Below, one piece after another: positions 22,905-34,403 of a stretch of DNA of 44,468 nucleotides; position 1 is the stretch's first letter; each line of letters opens with the position of its first letter. The position numbers and the translations under genes were made by a program. A model generated the notes under the pieces. That model was given only the letters and a program-made list of their open reading frames with translations. It was not told the DNA's origin and did not search any database. The stretch comes from Scyliorhinus canicula (lineage: Eukaryota), in NCBI RefSeq assembly GCF_902713615.1, contig NW_024055461.1, positions 4,164,940-4,209,407 on the forward strand, written 5' to 3'.

Positions 22905-25530
22905 CAAAGAGTCATGGAATAGAGCAGAGAGCCCTGGAAAAGGTAGAGAGATGGGGAAATGTGCGGGAAGCCTCGGAAAAGGCAGAGAGCTGTGGAAACC
23001 TGCGGGGAGCCTGAGAAAATATAGAGAGTTGGGGAAAGCACAGGGAGCCTGGGAAAAGGCAGAGAGCTGGGGAAAAGCACAGGAAGCCTGGGAAAATATA
23101 GAGAGCTGGGGGAAAGCATAGGAAGCCTGGGAAAATATAGAGAGCTGGGGAAAGGACAGGGAGCCTGGGAAAAGGCAGAGAGCCGGGGGAAAGCACAGGG
23201 AGCCTGGGAAAAGGCAGAGAGCCGGGGGAAAGCATAGGGAAGCTGGGAAAAGGTAGAGAGTTGGGGAAAAGCACAGGGAGACTGGGAAAAGGCAGCGATC
23301 TGGAGAAAGTACAGGGAGCCTGGGAAAAGGTAGAGGTTTGGGGGAAAGCACATAAGCCTGGGAAAAGGTAGAAAGCTGGGAAAACGTGCGGGGAACCTGG
23401 GAAAGGGTAGAAAGCTGGTGAAACGTGCGGGGAGCCTGGGAAAAGGTAGAGAGCTGGGGAAAAGCACAGGGAGCCTGGGAAAAGGTAGAGAGCTGGGGGA
23501 AAGCACAGGAAGCCTGGAAAAGGTGGAGAGCTGGGGAAAAGTGCGGGGAGTCTGGGAAAAGACAGAGAGCTGGGGAAAAGCGCAGGGAGTCTGGGAAAGG
23601 GCAGAGAGCGGGGGAAAGCACAGGGAGCCTGGGAACAGGCAGAGAGCTGGGGAAGAGCACAGGAGCCTGGGAAAATGTATAGAGCTGTGGGAAAGCGCAG
23701 GGAGCCTGTGAAAAGGTAGAAAGCTGGGGAAAAGTGCGGGGAGTTTGGGAAAAGGCAGAGAGTTGGGGGAAAGCGCAGGGAGTCTGGGAAAGGGCAGAGA
23801 GTTGGGGAAATAGGACAGGGAGCCTGGGAAACATTTGAGAGCTGGAGGAAAGCAAAAGGAGTCCGGAAAATGCAGGAAGCGGGGCGAAAGCTCAGGGAGC
23901 CTGGGAAAAGGCTGAGAGCTTGGGAAAAGCGCAGGGAGCCTGGGAAAAGGCTGAGAGCTGGGGAAAAGCACAGGGAGACTGGGAAAGGCTGAGAGCTGGG
24001 GAAAAGCGCAGGGAGACTGGGAAAAGGTAGACAGCTGGGAAAAAGCGCAGGATGCCTGGGAAAATGTAGAGAGCTGGGAAAAAGCACAGGATGCCTGGGA
24101 AAAGGTAGAGATCTGGGAAAAAGCACAGGATGCCTGGGAAAAGGTAGAGAGCTGGGGAAAATCACAGGAAGCCTGGGAAAAGGTAGAGAGCTGGGGAAAA
24201 GCACAGGGAGCCTGGGAAAAGATAGAGCTGGGGAAAAGCGCAGGGAGACTGGGAAAAAGTATAGAGCTCGGGAAAAGTGCAGGGAGCCTGGGAAAAGAAG
24301 GAGCTGGGGAAAAGCGCAGGGAGACTGGGAAAAGATAGAGCTGGGGAAAAGCACAGGGAGCCTGGGAAAAGAAGGAGCTGGGGAAAAGCACAGGGAGACT
24401 GGGAAAATGCAGAAAGCTGGGGAAAAGTGCAGGGAGCCTGGGAAAAGGTAGAGAGACGGGGAAAAGCACAGGGAGCCTGGGAAAATGTAGAGAGCTGGGG
24501 GGAAAGCGCAGGGAGCCTGGGAAAAGGTAGAGAGCTGGGGAAAAGCACAGGAAGCCTGGGAAAAGGTAGAGAGCTGGGAAAAAGCACAGGATGCCTGGGA
24601 AAAGGTAGAGAGCTGGGAAAAAGCACAGGATGCCTGGGAAAAGGTAGAGAGCTGGGGAAAATCACAGGAAGCCTGGGAGACGATATGGAGATGGGGGAAA
24701 GCACAGGGAGCCTGGGAAAAGATAGAGCTGGGGAAAAGCGCAGAGAGACTGGGAAAAGGTATAGAGCTGGGGAAAAGTGCAGGGAGCCTGGGAAAAGAAG
24801 GAGCTGGGGAAAAGCGCAGGGAGACTGGGAAAAGGTAGAGAGATGGCGAAAAGCACAGGGAGCCTGGGAAAAGGTAGAGAGCTGGGGGGAAAGCGCAGGG
24901 AGCCTGGGAAAAGATGGAGCTGGGGAAAAGTGCAGGGAGACTGGGAAAAGGCAGCGAGCTGGGGTGGGGGGGGGGGGGAACACATGGAGCCTGGGAAATG
25001 GTATAAAGCTGGGTTAAAGTACAGGGAGCCTGGGAAAAGGCAGAGAGCTGGGGAAAAGCACAGGGAGCCTGAGAAAAGGCAGAGAGCTGGGGAAAAGCAC
25101 AGGGAGCCTGGGAAAAGGCAGAGAGCTGGGGAAAAGCACAGGGAGCCTCGGAATGGGTAGCGAGCTGGCCGGGGCGGGGGGGGGGGGGGGGAGGGGGGGG
25201 GGACACGGAGCCTGGGAAATTGTATAAAGCTGGGTAAAGTATAGGGAGCCTGGGAAATACGAGAGCTGAGTAGTGAGCAGGTGAGATGACCAGAGAGCTG
25301 AGCGCAGACAGGGGAGAGAATCTGCAGGAACACGGGGAAAAGTGGTAATTGCTGGGCCAAAGCCAATAATCAGGTGGCAAAGTGCCATGTTCTGGGGAAA
25401 AGCACAAAGAGCAAGTGGAAAGTTCCAGAAGCTGAGGCAAAGAGCAAACAACCTGGAAAGATGCAGCTGGGCAAATTACAGAAGTGGAGGAAAGATCAGA
25501 GAGCTGGGAAAAGCGCAGAGAGCTGGGAAA
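22905..25530 (+). repeat. G-rich ~39-bp tandem array (switch-region-like)
   Basis: Consensus gggaaaaggtagagagctggggaaaagcacagggagcct, roughly 55-60 units, poly-G runs at 24961-78 and 25171-25202. Confidence 0.97.
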
Positions 25531-26219
25531 AGGACAGGATTCTGGTTATCGCGGATACATGGAATGCGGAGTTCATCCCACAATCTGCTCCGCCATAATC
25601 ATATTGAATGGTGCAGGAGACCTGAGGGACCGAATGGCCGCATCCCGCTTTTAATGTCCAGGGTCCTGTAATTGGAGAATTTTGGAGTTACTTGCACATG
25701 TGCTCAAACGTAGAATTTTATAGTCATTATTTAAATACCTGGATGATTTTTCTGAAGCAAAGTCACGACTCCCTGTTTTGGGGAGTGGGTGTAGTGAGGT
25801 GGAGAGAGGGGGGACATCAGTCAGTTTGAACACAGGCAATTTCCAAACAGCAATGACCGAAATGAAGAGACAACTTCTTTATCACAAAGTGCTGTTGGTG
25901 GAAAAAACATTGGTGTCATAAATAATGGTGAAACCCTCCGCTCTGCTCATTTAAAGGAATGAATGGTACATTTTCAGATTACACCACAATGCTAATTTAT
26001 GCAAGGTGTTAGAAATGGAGAAAGAGATGTGAGTTTCTAAAGAGGGAATAAACAAATGGTGATTCTCAAAAGTTAGAAGTAACAGAAGCTCAAGTATGGA
26101 TGCAGTTTTAATGCGAACGGTTTATGATAAATTTGTAACTTTATCCAAATTCTAAGTTGTATGATATCTTAATGACAAATCCCAGAGTCTAACTTGTTCA
26201 ATTGGCCGTTCTCTCCCAG

Positions 26220-26516
26220 CGACACCGTCTCCGCCCGCTCTCTACAGCCTGGTCTCCTGTCAGCAACACAACACCGACGGCTCCGTCACCTACGGCTGTT
26301 TGGCGATGGACTACTCCCCAGAAATCACCAGCCTTACCTGGAAGAAAGATGGGCAGCTGATCAGCACTGGAGTTAAGGAATACCCATCAGTGAGAAACAA
26401 GAAGGGAACCTACACCCTGAGCAGCCAGTTAACCATCACCGAGTCAGAGGGGGAATGCAGCAAAATCAGCTGTGAGGTTCGACACAGCGGCTCAGACAAG
26501 AGCATTGGAATGACAT
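26220..26516 (+). CDS. IGHM: Cmu1 exon ([16 protein letters not shown]...[10 protein letters not shown]...[15 protein letters not shown])
   Basis: Acceptor ctctcccag at 26219, donor GTAAGT at 26517, 297 nt, Ig C1-set Cys/Trp, phase 1 matches JH. Confidence 0.97.
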
Positions 26517-26717
26517 GTAAGTGTTATGGAAACTGCGCGAAGCAGAACCGCTGTGATTACTTTATTTACACCTTTGGCAATAACATATTTATGATAAAGT
26601 GTGCCGTTCTGATTCCTGAGGAAAATATTGGCCGCAGAAAAACAGTTAAAATATAATAAATCATTTTATTTGTCACACCATCTTCTGCAAGAAATGTCTA
26701 AATTGTGTTTCTTGAAG

Positions 26718-27026
26718 GCCCGCCTGGTGTCCCTCCACATGTTATCCTCACCGTGAGTTCCAGTGAAGAAATCACAAGACAGAAATTTGCAACCATCGTC
26801 TGTTCAATTAACGATTTCCAGACAAATTCAATCACGGTAAAGTGGCTGAAGAATGGACAACCCATGGCTTCAGGAATTGTCACCTCTCCCGCCTGTGAAG
26901 TGAACGGGAACTTCTCGGCGAGCAGTCGGCTGACAGTCTCCGCTGGGGAATGGTTCAGCAAAGCGGTCTATACCTGCCAGGTCACTCATCAAGAGGTCAC
27001 CCAAAGTCACAACGTCACCGCGTCTG
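26718..27026 (+). CDS. IGHM: Cmu2 exon (CPPGVPPHV...TIVC...KWLKNG...YTCQVTH...VTAS)
   Basis: AG at 26716-17, GT at 27027, 309 nt; the first Cys codon is split across the splice (T|GC). Confidence 0.96.
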
Positions 27027-27657
27027 GTAAGAGATACAAACAGAGGAAACAATAAATCATCCTGCATTCTGATGTTAATCCAAATCAGGAATTTATTAAA
27101 ATCAGGACAAAGCACAGAATAACTTCTAATTTACTGCCATGTAGTTTGTGTTTCATTCTGATGTAAGAGCTGCATTAGGATTGCTCACCATTCAGGATTT
27201 GATCAGCAGAGAAATAAATGTTTCCCTCTAATTTGAAGTCATTTAGTGAGTGAGGTGGATTTGATATCAGCCTTATCCTGAGACAGCTGATTATATTTGA
27301 GAGGCAGTGGGTGTCTGAACCCCTTTATTGATAACAGCTCCAAGGAAAATTGTTGGAAAGTTCATTCAACCTATTTGTAAATCAGCCTTCCGTATTAGGT
27401 TTCCGAGATCAGGATTGGAATATTTGTATTGGGAATGCTGCAATACTCGTTCATTAGAATGCCATTGGTGCTGACTGTATTTCACAATGAGAATCGTTTA
27501 AGATGACCAAACTGGTTTTCCATTGTGTACAGAAGATTAATGGCGATCATTAGAAGTTTCGAAGTTGATTTATTCCCATTGAGTGAGTGAAGACTGAATC
27601 CTTCTGTCCTGATTCTGAAGATGAAACTTGTGTTGATTTTCATGTTTTCATTCACAG

Positions 27658-27966
27658 ATCCTTCCAATTGCATTACCGCCTCAGTAACAATACTGCCACC
27701 ACCAATAGAACAGGTCTTACTGGAGGCGACTGTAACCTTAACCTGCGTCATTTCGAATGCTCCTTATGGAGTCAACGTGTCCTGGAGTGAAGCGAAGAAG
27801 CCGCTGAAATCAGAGATTGCCGACCAGCCTGGGGCAGATACTGAGAGCGTGGTCAGCAAATTAAACATCTCGACACAAGCCTGGCTGAGTGGGGCTGTGT
27901 TTGACTGTGTGGCGAGCCATCAGGACCTGCCAACTCCTTTAAGAATTTCAATCCACAAAAAAATAG
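27658..27966 (+). CDS. IGHM: Cmu3 exon ([10 protein letters not shown]...LTC...VSW...[13 protein letters not shown]...HKKI)
   Basis: Acceptor ttcacag at 27657, donor GTGAGC at 27967, 309 nt. Confidence 0.96.
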
Positions 27967-28184
27967 GTGAGCGGTGAAACTGAAGCAATAAGTGAGTCAT
28001 TGTGTCTATTTCTGGTGTCAGTGCAGCGGTCAGTATTTAGCATTCAGTGTATTTATGGTCCATTCTGATTGGTAATTCCACGACTAAAAATTTTGGGCCT
28101 GTTGATCTTAAGGGGGAAATTGCTACGTAGATGAAGGAACAATGAATTAAAGGCAGTGATATGGGATTTAGACGGAGCTAGACC

Positions 28185-29570
28185 AATGGCCACAAGACGT
28201 AGGAGCAGACGTAGGCCATTCAGCCCAACAACACTGATCCAGCCTTCAATGAGATCATAACTGATCTGATGTGATGATCTTCAACTCCTCTTTCCCGCCT
28301 TCTCCCGCTGTTACCAGACACCTAAACGACCCTCTTACGGACTGACCTCATTAACACTACACCTCTGTATGCTTCACCCGATGCCGGTGTTAAGTAGTTA
28401 CATTGTGTACCTTATGTTGCCCTGTTATGTATTTTATTTTATTTCCCTTTCTTTTCATGTACTGAATGATCTGTTGAGCTGCTTGCAGAAAAATACTTTT
28501 CACTGTACCTCGGTACACGTGACAATAAACAAAATCCAATCCCATATCTCTCATTGGTTTAAAACATGTCTCTCTCAACCTTGAACATACTGAACAACCC
28601 AGAATCTACAGCCCCCTGGGTTAAATAATTCTACAGCTCCCCGACGCTCTGAGAGAGGAAATTCCTTCTCATCTCTGTCTGAAATGGGCGAACATTGACT
28701 ATGTGATCCTGCACTCTGGTCCGAGATGCTCCCACAAGGGAAAACAATCTCACAGCGACTACACTCCGAAGCTCCCTGAGAATCTTTCATGTCTCAATTA
28801 GGCCGCCTTCATTCTTCTAAACTCCAATCAGTCCAGGCCCAGCCTACTTAACCTCTCCCCATAAGAAAATCCCTCCATACTCGGGATCAACATCATGATA
28901 CTTCTCTGGACTGCCTTCAAAACCAATCTGTCTTCCTTAGATAAGGGCACCAAAACTGTTCAAAGTATATCAAGTGTAGTCTAACTAATGCCTTGTATAG
29001 TTTTAGCTCGACTTCCCCATGTTTATATTCTATTCCCTTTGAAATAAATGTCAACATTCAAATTGTCTCCATATTACCTGCAGAACTTGCGTTTTGTGGT
29101 TTCTGCGCGAGGACCCCCAATTCCCCCGTTACCTCAGCTTCCTACAGTCTTTCTCCAGCTAAATAATATTCCATTATGTTCCTCCTCCTACCAAAGTGTC
29201 TCACCTCACATTTCTCAACATTATGTTCCATCTGCCAAGTTTTTACTCAGTAACTTAAGCTGTCTCTATCCCTCTCTAGCTTTTCTGTAACCTCACCACT
29301 TGCCTTTATATTTTTGTCATCTCCAGCCGTGGGAATAGTACATTCATCTATTAAACACAGTTTTGAAATTTATGTATATTACATCTACTGCCCGCCTTTC
29401 TCTAGCTTTCTCCTTATCACCTCAAATAAGGGCAATAAATTTGTCAGGCATGATTTCACCTTCACGAAGCCGGGCTGACTCTGTTTGATTATATTGAGTA
29501 TTTCTAAATGCTCAGCTATTGGATCCGTTATAATGGACTCGAACCGTTTCCCACTGACAAATGTTAAGGT
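28185..29570 (-). mobile_element. CR1-type LINE (3' UTR plus RT fragments) with a nested + strand LINE 3' end at about 28311-28543
   Basis: Minus peptide IIKQSQPGFVKVKSCLTNLL at 29385-29573; the nested piece ends ttcactgtacctcggtacacgtgacaataaacaaaatccaatcc. Confidence 0.75.
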
Positions 29571-29949
29571 CACTGGCCTATACTGTAGTTACCTGTTTTT
29601 GTCTCCCTCCCTTTTGAATAAGGGTGTGACATTGGCAGTTTCCCAATCCTCTGTGAGTAAGGTGGGAGGAGCCTGGTGTGGAGTTTAGACACCAGCACAG
29701 AACAGTTGGGCCGAATGGCCTGTTTCCCTGCTGTACACTTTCTGAAAATTTCGAATCCAATATCCGTAAATTCTCAGGGAAAAGGTTGTGTCCACCTCTG
29801 CTCCGAGCTGGGAACCCGGACAGATCCTAAAGTGGAAAATGGAAACCTTTAAAATCCAACACAAAACACATTTCTCCCACATCTAACCCGCGGTTCCATT
29901 GTCTCCGGAATTCCCCATTTTATTGACATTTATTGTACATTTTCTGCAG

Positions 29950-30279
29950 ATCCCAATCCGCGGGAACCGTCCGTCTCTGTCCTCCTGCCCTCGGCTGAAG
30001 ACGTCTCCGCTCAGAGATTCGTCTCCCTCAGCTGCTTAGTGAGAGGTTTCTCCCCCCGAGAGATCTTCGTCAAGTGGACCGTCAATGACAAGCCGGTGAA
30101 TCCCGGGAACTACAAGAACACCGAGGTGATGGCGGAGAACGGCAATAGCTCCTTCTTCATGTACAGCCTGTTATCCATTGCAGCGGAGGAGTGGGCCAGC
30201 GGCGCTTCTTACTCCTGTGTGGTGGGACATGAAGCCATCCCCTTGAAGATCATCAACAGAACGGTTGATAAATCCAGCG
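29950..30279 (+). CDS. IGHM: Cmu4 exon ([14 protein letters not shown]...[17 protein letters not shown]...[13 protein letters not shown]...DKSS)
   Basis: Acceptor tttctgcag at 29949; internal donor G|GTAAAC at 30280 for the membrane form. Confidence 0.97.
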
Positions 30280-30341
30280 GTAAACCCAGTTTTGTGAACA
30301 TTTCCCTCGCTCTGATGGACACCGTTAATTCATGTCAATGA
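30280..30341 (+). CDS. IGHM: Secretory tailpiece, [20 protein letters not shown]
   Basis: Contiguous with Cmu4; NIS glycosylation site and penultimate Cys; TGA ends at 30341. Confidence 0.97.
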
Positions 30342-30368
30342 GAATCTATTGGTTATATTTTGAACTAA

Positions 30369-30383
30369 AATAAAAATAATAAA
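30369..30383 (+). terminator. Secretory poly(A) signals (two AATAAA)
   Basis: AATAAA at 30369-74 and 30378-83, followed by a T-rich tract. Confidence 0.85.
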
Positions 30384-30811
30384 GATTTTTTTCCTCCAAT
30401 TGTGATTTAAATGTACAGCCGCCTAATTAATGGAGCTTCCACTTTGCTGATATTAGATCTGTTCAATGAGACCCGGATTTCTACAGGTCTCGGCCCCAAT
30501 TCTGATACAACCAGAGCTCCCAGCTCAGATACACCCTGGGTTAGAGACAGAGTAAAACTCATTCATTCCAGGATTCAGCAAAATATCTTCATTGTCTTTC
30601 CTCCCGCTGAGGAGAAATCGGATCATTCCCCATTTCAGACAAACAAACACATCACATTTAGATCTCGGTGTTCCTGCTTTTCTCATTGTCCACCCCTTTA
30701 AAATTAATGTCACCTTTAAATTGCTGTAACACACCCACTGGGAACTGAATTGAGGATCACACAGAAACATGGACCAACAATGCCCAGTCAATGAGAGGGC
30801 AAAGTGAAATT

Positions 30812-31312
30812 GTTAATCCACTGTACCCGCACTTCCCCAACAGAGAGAGGGGGAGGGGCATTAGTTAATCCACTGTAACCCACTTCCCCAACAAAGAGAG
30901 GAAGAGGGGCATTACTTAATGCACTGTACCCCCACTTCCCAGGCAAAGAGAGGGGTAGGGGCATTAGTTAACACAGTGTACCCCCACTACCCAGGCAAAG
31001 AGAGGGGTAGGGGCATTAGTTAACACACTGTACCTCAATTTCCCCAGCAAAGAGAGGGGAGGGGCATTAGTTAACACACTGTACCTCAATTTCCCCAGCA
31101 AAGAGAGGGGGAGGGGCATTAGTTAACACACTGTACCCTCACTTCCCCAACAAAGAGACGGTGGGGGCTGAGTTAATCCACTGTGCACCCTCTTCCAACA
31201 ATGAGTGGAGCGGCATTATTTAATCCACTATACCCACACTTCCCCAACAAAGAGAGCTAAGGGGCAGTGCTGACCCATTTTACCTCCACTTTCCCGACCA
31301 AAAGAGGAGGTA
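30812..31312 (+). repeat. ~52-bp minisatellite, about 9-10 copies
   Basis: gttaatccactgtacccccacttccccagcaaagagagggggaggggcatta; starts at 30812, 30864, 30915, 30967, 31019, 31070, 31122, 31172. Confidence 0.95.
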
Positions 31313-31799
31313 AGGTGACTATTGAACTCTCTGTATCTCCACCTCCAGCAGGGAGAACCCAAAGGCAATTTGCTGAGCTGACCAGAGAGAGGGAGATTAT
31401 TAACTCAATACTTCCCAGTCCCCAAGCAGAGAGTTTGGAAGTAAACGGTTCTCTAGACTAAGAACTCAGTTACTGACATTACAAGGCGGCATGTAGCTTA
31501 CTGGCTGAAGGCTTTAAAAGACCATCATGATAAAGATGTTCTTAAAGTATCTATTTATGCAACAGCATTTTTAACACCCTTGTTCCTCTTATCCGTATGC
31601 TGAGACCGATTCCCCAGAATCCAAATCCAGATGGTGTTTGAATTCTCGCTGGGTTTTCACTGTTCTCTCCTGAGGCACCTCCTTGTATTCTTGCATTAGG
31701 ACACCTGATGTCAGCTTGCAACTCACAGAAAACACATTTATAAGCAGAAAGTTCAACATATTCTACAACAGTACCAATAATACCCACAACTGGCAAAGC

Positions 31800-32400
31800 T
31801 ACAGGCAAATGATACAAATACACAGACAGATAAACAGACACAGACACTACACATACATGCACACAGACCCACAAACAAACACATGCTCACACGTAGACAC
31901 AAACACACACATGGACACACACATAGAAACACATGCATAAACATACACCCAGGCACAACGAACCACACATATTTTGACACAAAAACACACGCAAAGGTGC
32001 GCAAAAATTCACAAACATGCACATAAACACAAACAAACACACATTTATATAGAGACAGGCACACGTGCACATCCACACATAGACACACAAATCCACACAC
32101 ACAAGTGGCTACACAAATGTACACAGACACATACAGCCACATGTCCACACAGATACACAAACATATAAAACCAGACAAGCAGACTGACAGAAGAATATTA
32201 AACACAAATGTAACCAATAACATGTACATTAGCAGAATTTCACGATGACAGAAATATTTCCATTTAGAGACAATAATCCACACTAACACACTTATGGACA
32301 CACGTAGACACATATTAGCAGACTCGTACACACGCTAACACGAACACATATGAATACACATAGAATCATCAATACACATCAATAGATAGTTATAAACAAC
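31800..32400. repeat. AC-rich low-complexity tract (second tract at about 32750-33130)
   Basis: acacac/acaaac runs. Confidence 0.9.
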
Positions 32401-32414
32401 CATCAACGAATAAA

Positions 32415-32745
32415 TAGCACTGCTGCCTCACAGCACCATAAACCCGGGTTCAATTCCAGCCTTGGGTGATTGTCTGTGTGGAGTTCCCAAGTTCTCCAGT
32501 GTCTGTTCCTGTTTCCTCCGCCTGCTCCGGTTACCTCACACAGTCCAAAGATGTGCAGGTTAGGTGGGTTAGCCAGGCTCTATTACCCCTTAGTGCCCAC
32601 AACGTTAGGTGGGGTTACGAGGTTCTGGGGACAGGGCAGGGGCATGCGTCCAGGTAGGGTGCTCTTTCGGAGGGTTGGTGCAGACTCAATGGGCCAAATA
32701 GCCTCGTTCGGCACAGTCGGGATTATCCGATGATGATTCTGTGAT
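32415..32745 (+). mobile_element. HE1-like tRNA-derived SINE
   Basis: tagcactgctgcctcac...gggttcaattcc...caaagatgtgcaggttagg...gtgcagactcaatgggccaaatagcctc. Confidence 0.8.
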
Positions 32746-33141
32746 GAAATACGCGCATAAACAAACAAACACACACACAAACGCACTTACCCAGACACAA
32801 ACATTAAGACAATGACATGCATGTTGAACGTATAAAGACACATTAACACTTTTATCACTGGGCAGGGAAGTATAAACTTATATTAACACAGGCATTAATA
32901 TATAAACATAGATTTCAACACACAAACACACACAATAAAACACTCATATATAAACATTGACTTAAGATAAATTTACACAAAGGCGCTGACACACAGATAT
33001 ACAGATCAATACTCATTGACACATGAACACACACAATGACACTTATAAAGACATCGCAACACACAAATGAAGAGTAAAGAAACACGAATTTCACATCTAC
33101 ACAGACACAAAAGCTAAAGAACAAACACAAACGTCAGACAA

Positions 33142-33310
33142 GGGCGGCACGGTGATGCAATGGTTAGCACTGCTGCCTCAGGATCCCGCTCCTGGGTCTC
33201 TGTCCCTGTGGAGTTCCCCGTGACCCGTGGGTCTTACCCCGACAACCCAATGATGCGCAGGCTTGGTGGATTGGCCATGCTAACTTGCCCCTTAATTGGA
33301 AGAAAAAAGT
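33142..33310 (+). mobile_element. HE1-like SINE, short form
   Basis: gggcggcacggtgatgcaatggttagcactgctgcctca head and A-rich tail. Confidence 0.8.
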
Positions 33311-33440
33311 TACAGAGATCGACTTCCTAGTGTCATGAACTCAACAGTAGATATGCAATGAAAATATATTAAAGAATGAATTAGCAGCGGGAGAAACTGA
33401 TACGGGAATATTAAAAACAAAACGTGTATTAAATTAAATT

Positions 33441-33592
33441 TAAAATGCTTATTGTCACGAGTAGGCTTCAATGAAGTTACTGTGAAAAGCCCCTAGTCGC
33501 CACATTCCGGCACCTGTCCGGGGAGGCTGGTACAGGAGTCGAACCGTGCTGCTGGCCTGCATGAAAAGCCAGTGATTTAGCTGAGTGAGCTA
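33441..33592 (-). mobile_element. tRNA-headed SINE, family A copy 3
   Basis: Same sequence as 2195-2379. Confidence 0.8.
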
Positions 33593-33683
33593 TTATTAGC
33601 TCTGTCTGGGAAAGGGGAGCCTCTATTAACCAGCCTCTATTAACAAACAATCTGATTATATTTATTCGGCTCTATTCCCGTAG

Positions 33684-33811
33684 ATACCACAGACCACACC
33701 TGGACTGAAGACGATGAGGATGATAATGGGAACATCTGGACAACCGCTTCCACATTCATCACCCTGTTCTTCCTGAGCATTTCCTACAGCGCTGCAGTCA
33801 CTCTGGTGAAG
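33684..33811 (+). CDS. IGHM: IgM TM1 exon (DTTDHTWTEDDEDDNGNIWTTASTFITLFFLSISYSAAVTLVK)
   Basis: Acceptor ttcccgtag at 33683, acidic spacer plus conserved CART transmembrane motif, donor GTGAGA at 33812. Confidence 0.97.
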
Positions 33812-33948
33812 GTGAGAAGATTCAATCCACTAACACATCAAACTGACAGAAGCCGTTTAAAAACACTAAATGTTTGATTGATTAAAAACTCTAACATCAA
33901 TGTCCCAGATCATAAACATCTGCTTCATCATTTCTCTCTCTTTTACAG

Positions 33949-33957
33949 ATCAAGTGA
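33949..33957 (+). CDS. IGHM: IgM TM2 exon, IK*
   Basis: Long polypyrimidine tract plus ttttacag at 33948; ATC AAG TGA. Confidence 0.9.
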   Translation: MK

Positions 33958-34362
33958 TGGGTTGACGTTCGGATGCTGTAGATTTTCCTCAGCTGTTTAT
34001 TATGATCTGTGTGTGACAGAAATACAATATCTCCTCTTGGTGACTCTAACAGTAAAATTCTCTCAGTTTATTATTCTGCATCTGTAACTGAGACAATCAT
34101 GGACAGTATTTCTGCTTTTCGGTTTGAAATGTACGAGATAATTTTGGCTGTATTGTAATTGTAGCTAGTAATTTCTTTCAATGTCATGTCTAAATAAGTA
34201 TCTTATCACGTACCTTATTTACAACAGTTACCTTCCCTTTATGTTGAGCTCCTGTTCTCTCTTGTGTCTGTTACAGTTGTACATACATTTGGCAGCTCAG
34301 AGGGCATGTGTTATGTTCTCACTGTGACCCTCAATCGTTCTGTTCCCTTTTGTAAACATCAA

Positions 34363-34403
34363 AATAAACTTTTGTGTAATATTTTCTCTGAAATTTTAAT
34401 AAA
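34363..34403 (+). terminator. Membrane-form poly(A) signal candidates
   Basis: AATAAA at 34363-68 and 34398-403. Confidence 0.65.

Noticed and set aside
22701-25451. Very long ORFs (842, 521, 384, 273, 246 aa) on both strands
   Set aside because: They are artefacts of the 39-bp (13-codon) repeat lacking stops; the products are FPQLSTFSQAPCA / ESWGKAQGAWEKV repeats with no splice or start context.
33901-33965. Alternative TM2 acceptor at 33907-08 giving the tail IINICFIISLSFTDQVMG*
   Set aside because: It lacks a polypyrimidine tract; the 33948 site is much stronger and gives the conserved 3-residue tail.
12404-34400. Additional J segments or extra C exons (IgW, IgNAR)
   Set aside because: I found no second WGxG/RSS and no further Ig domains; four C exons plus the tailpiece fit IgM.
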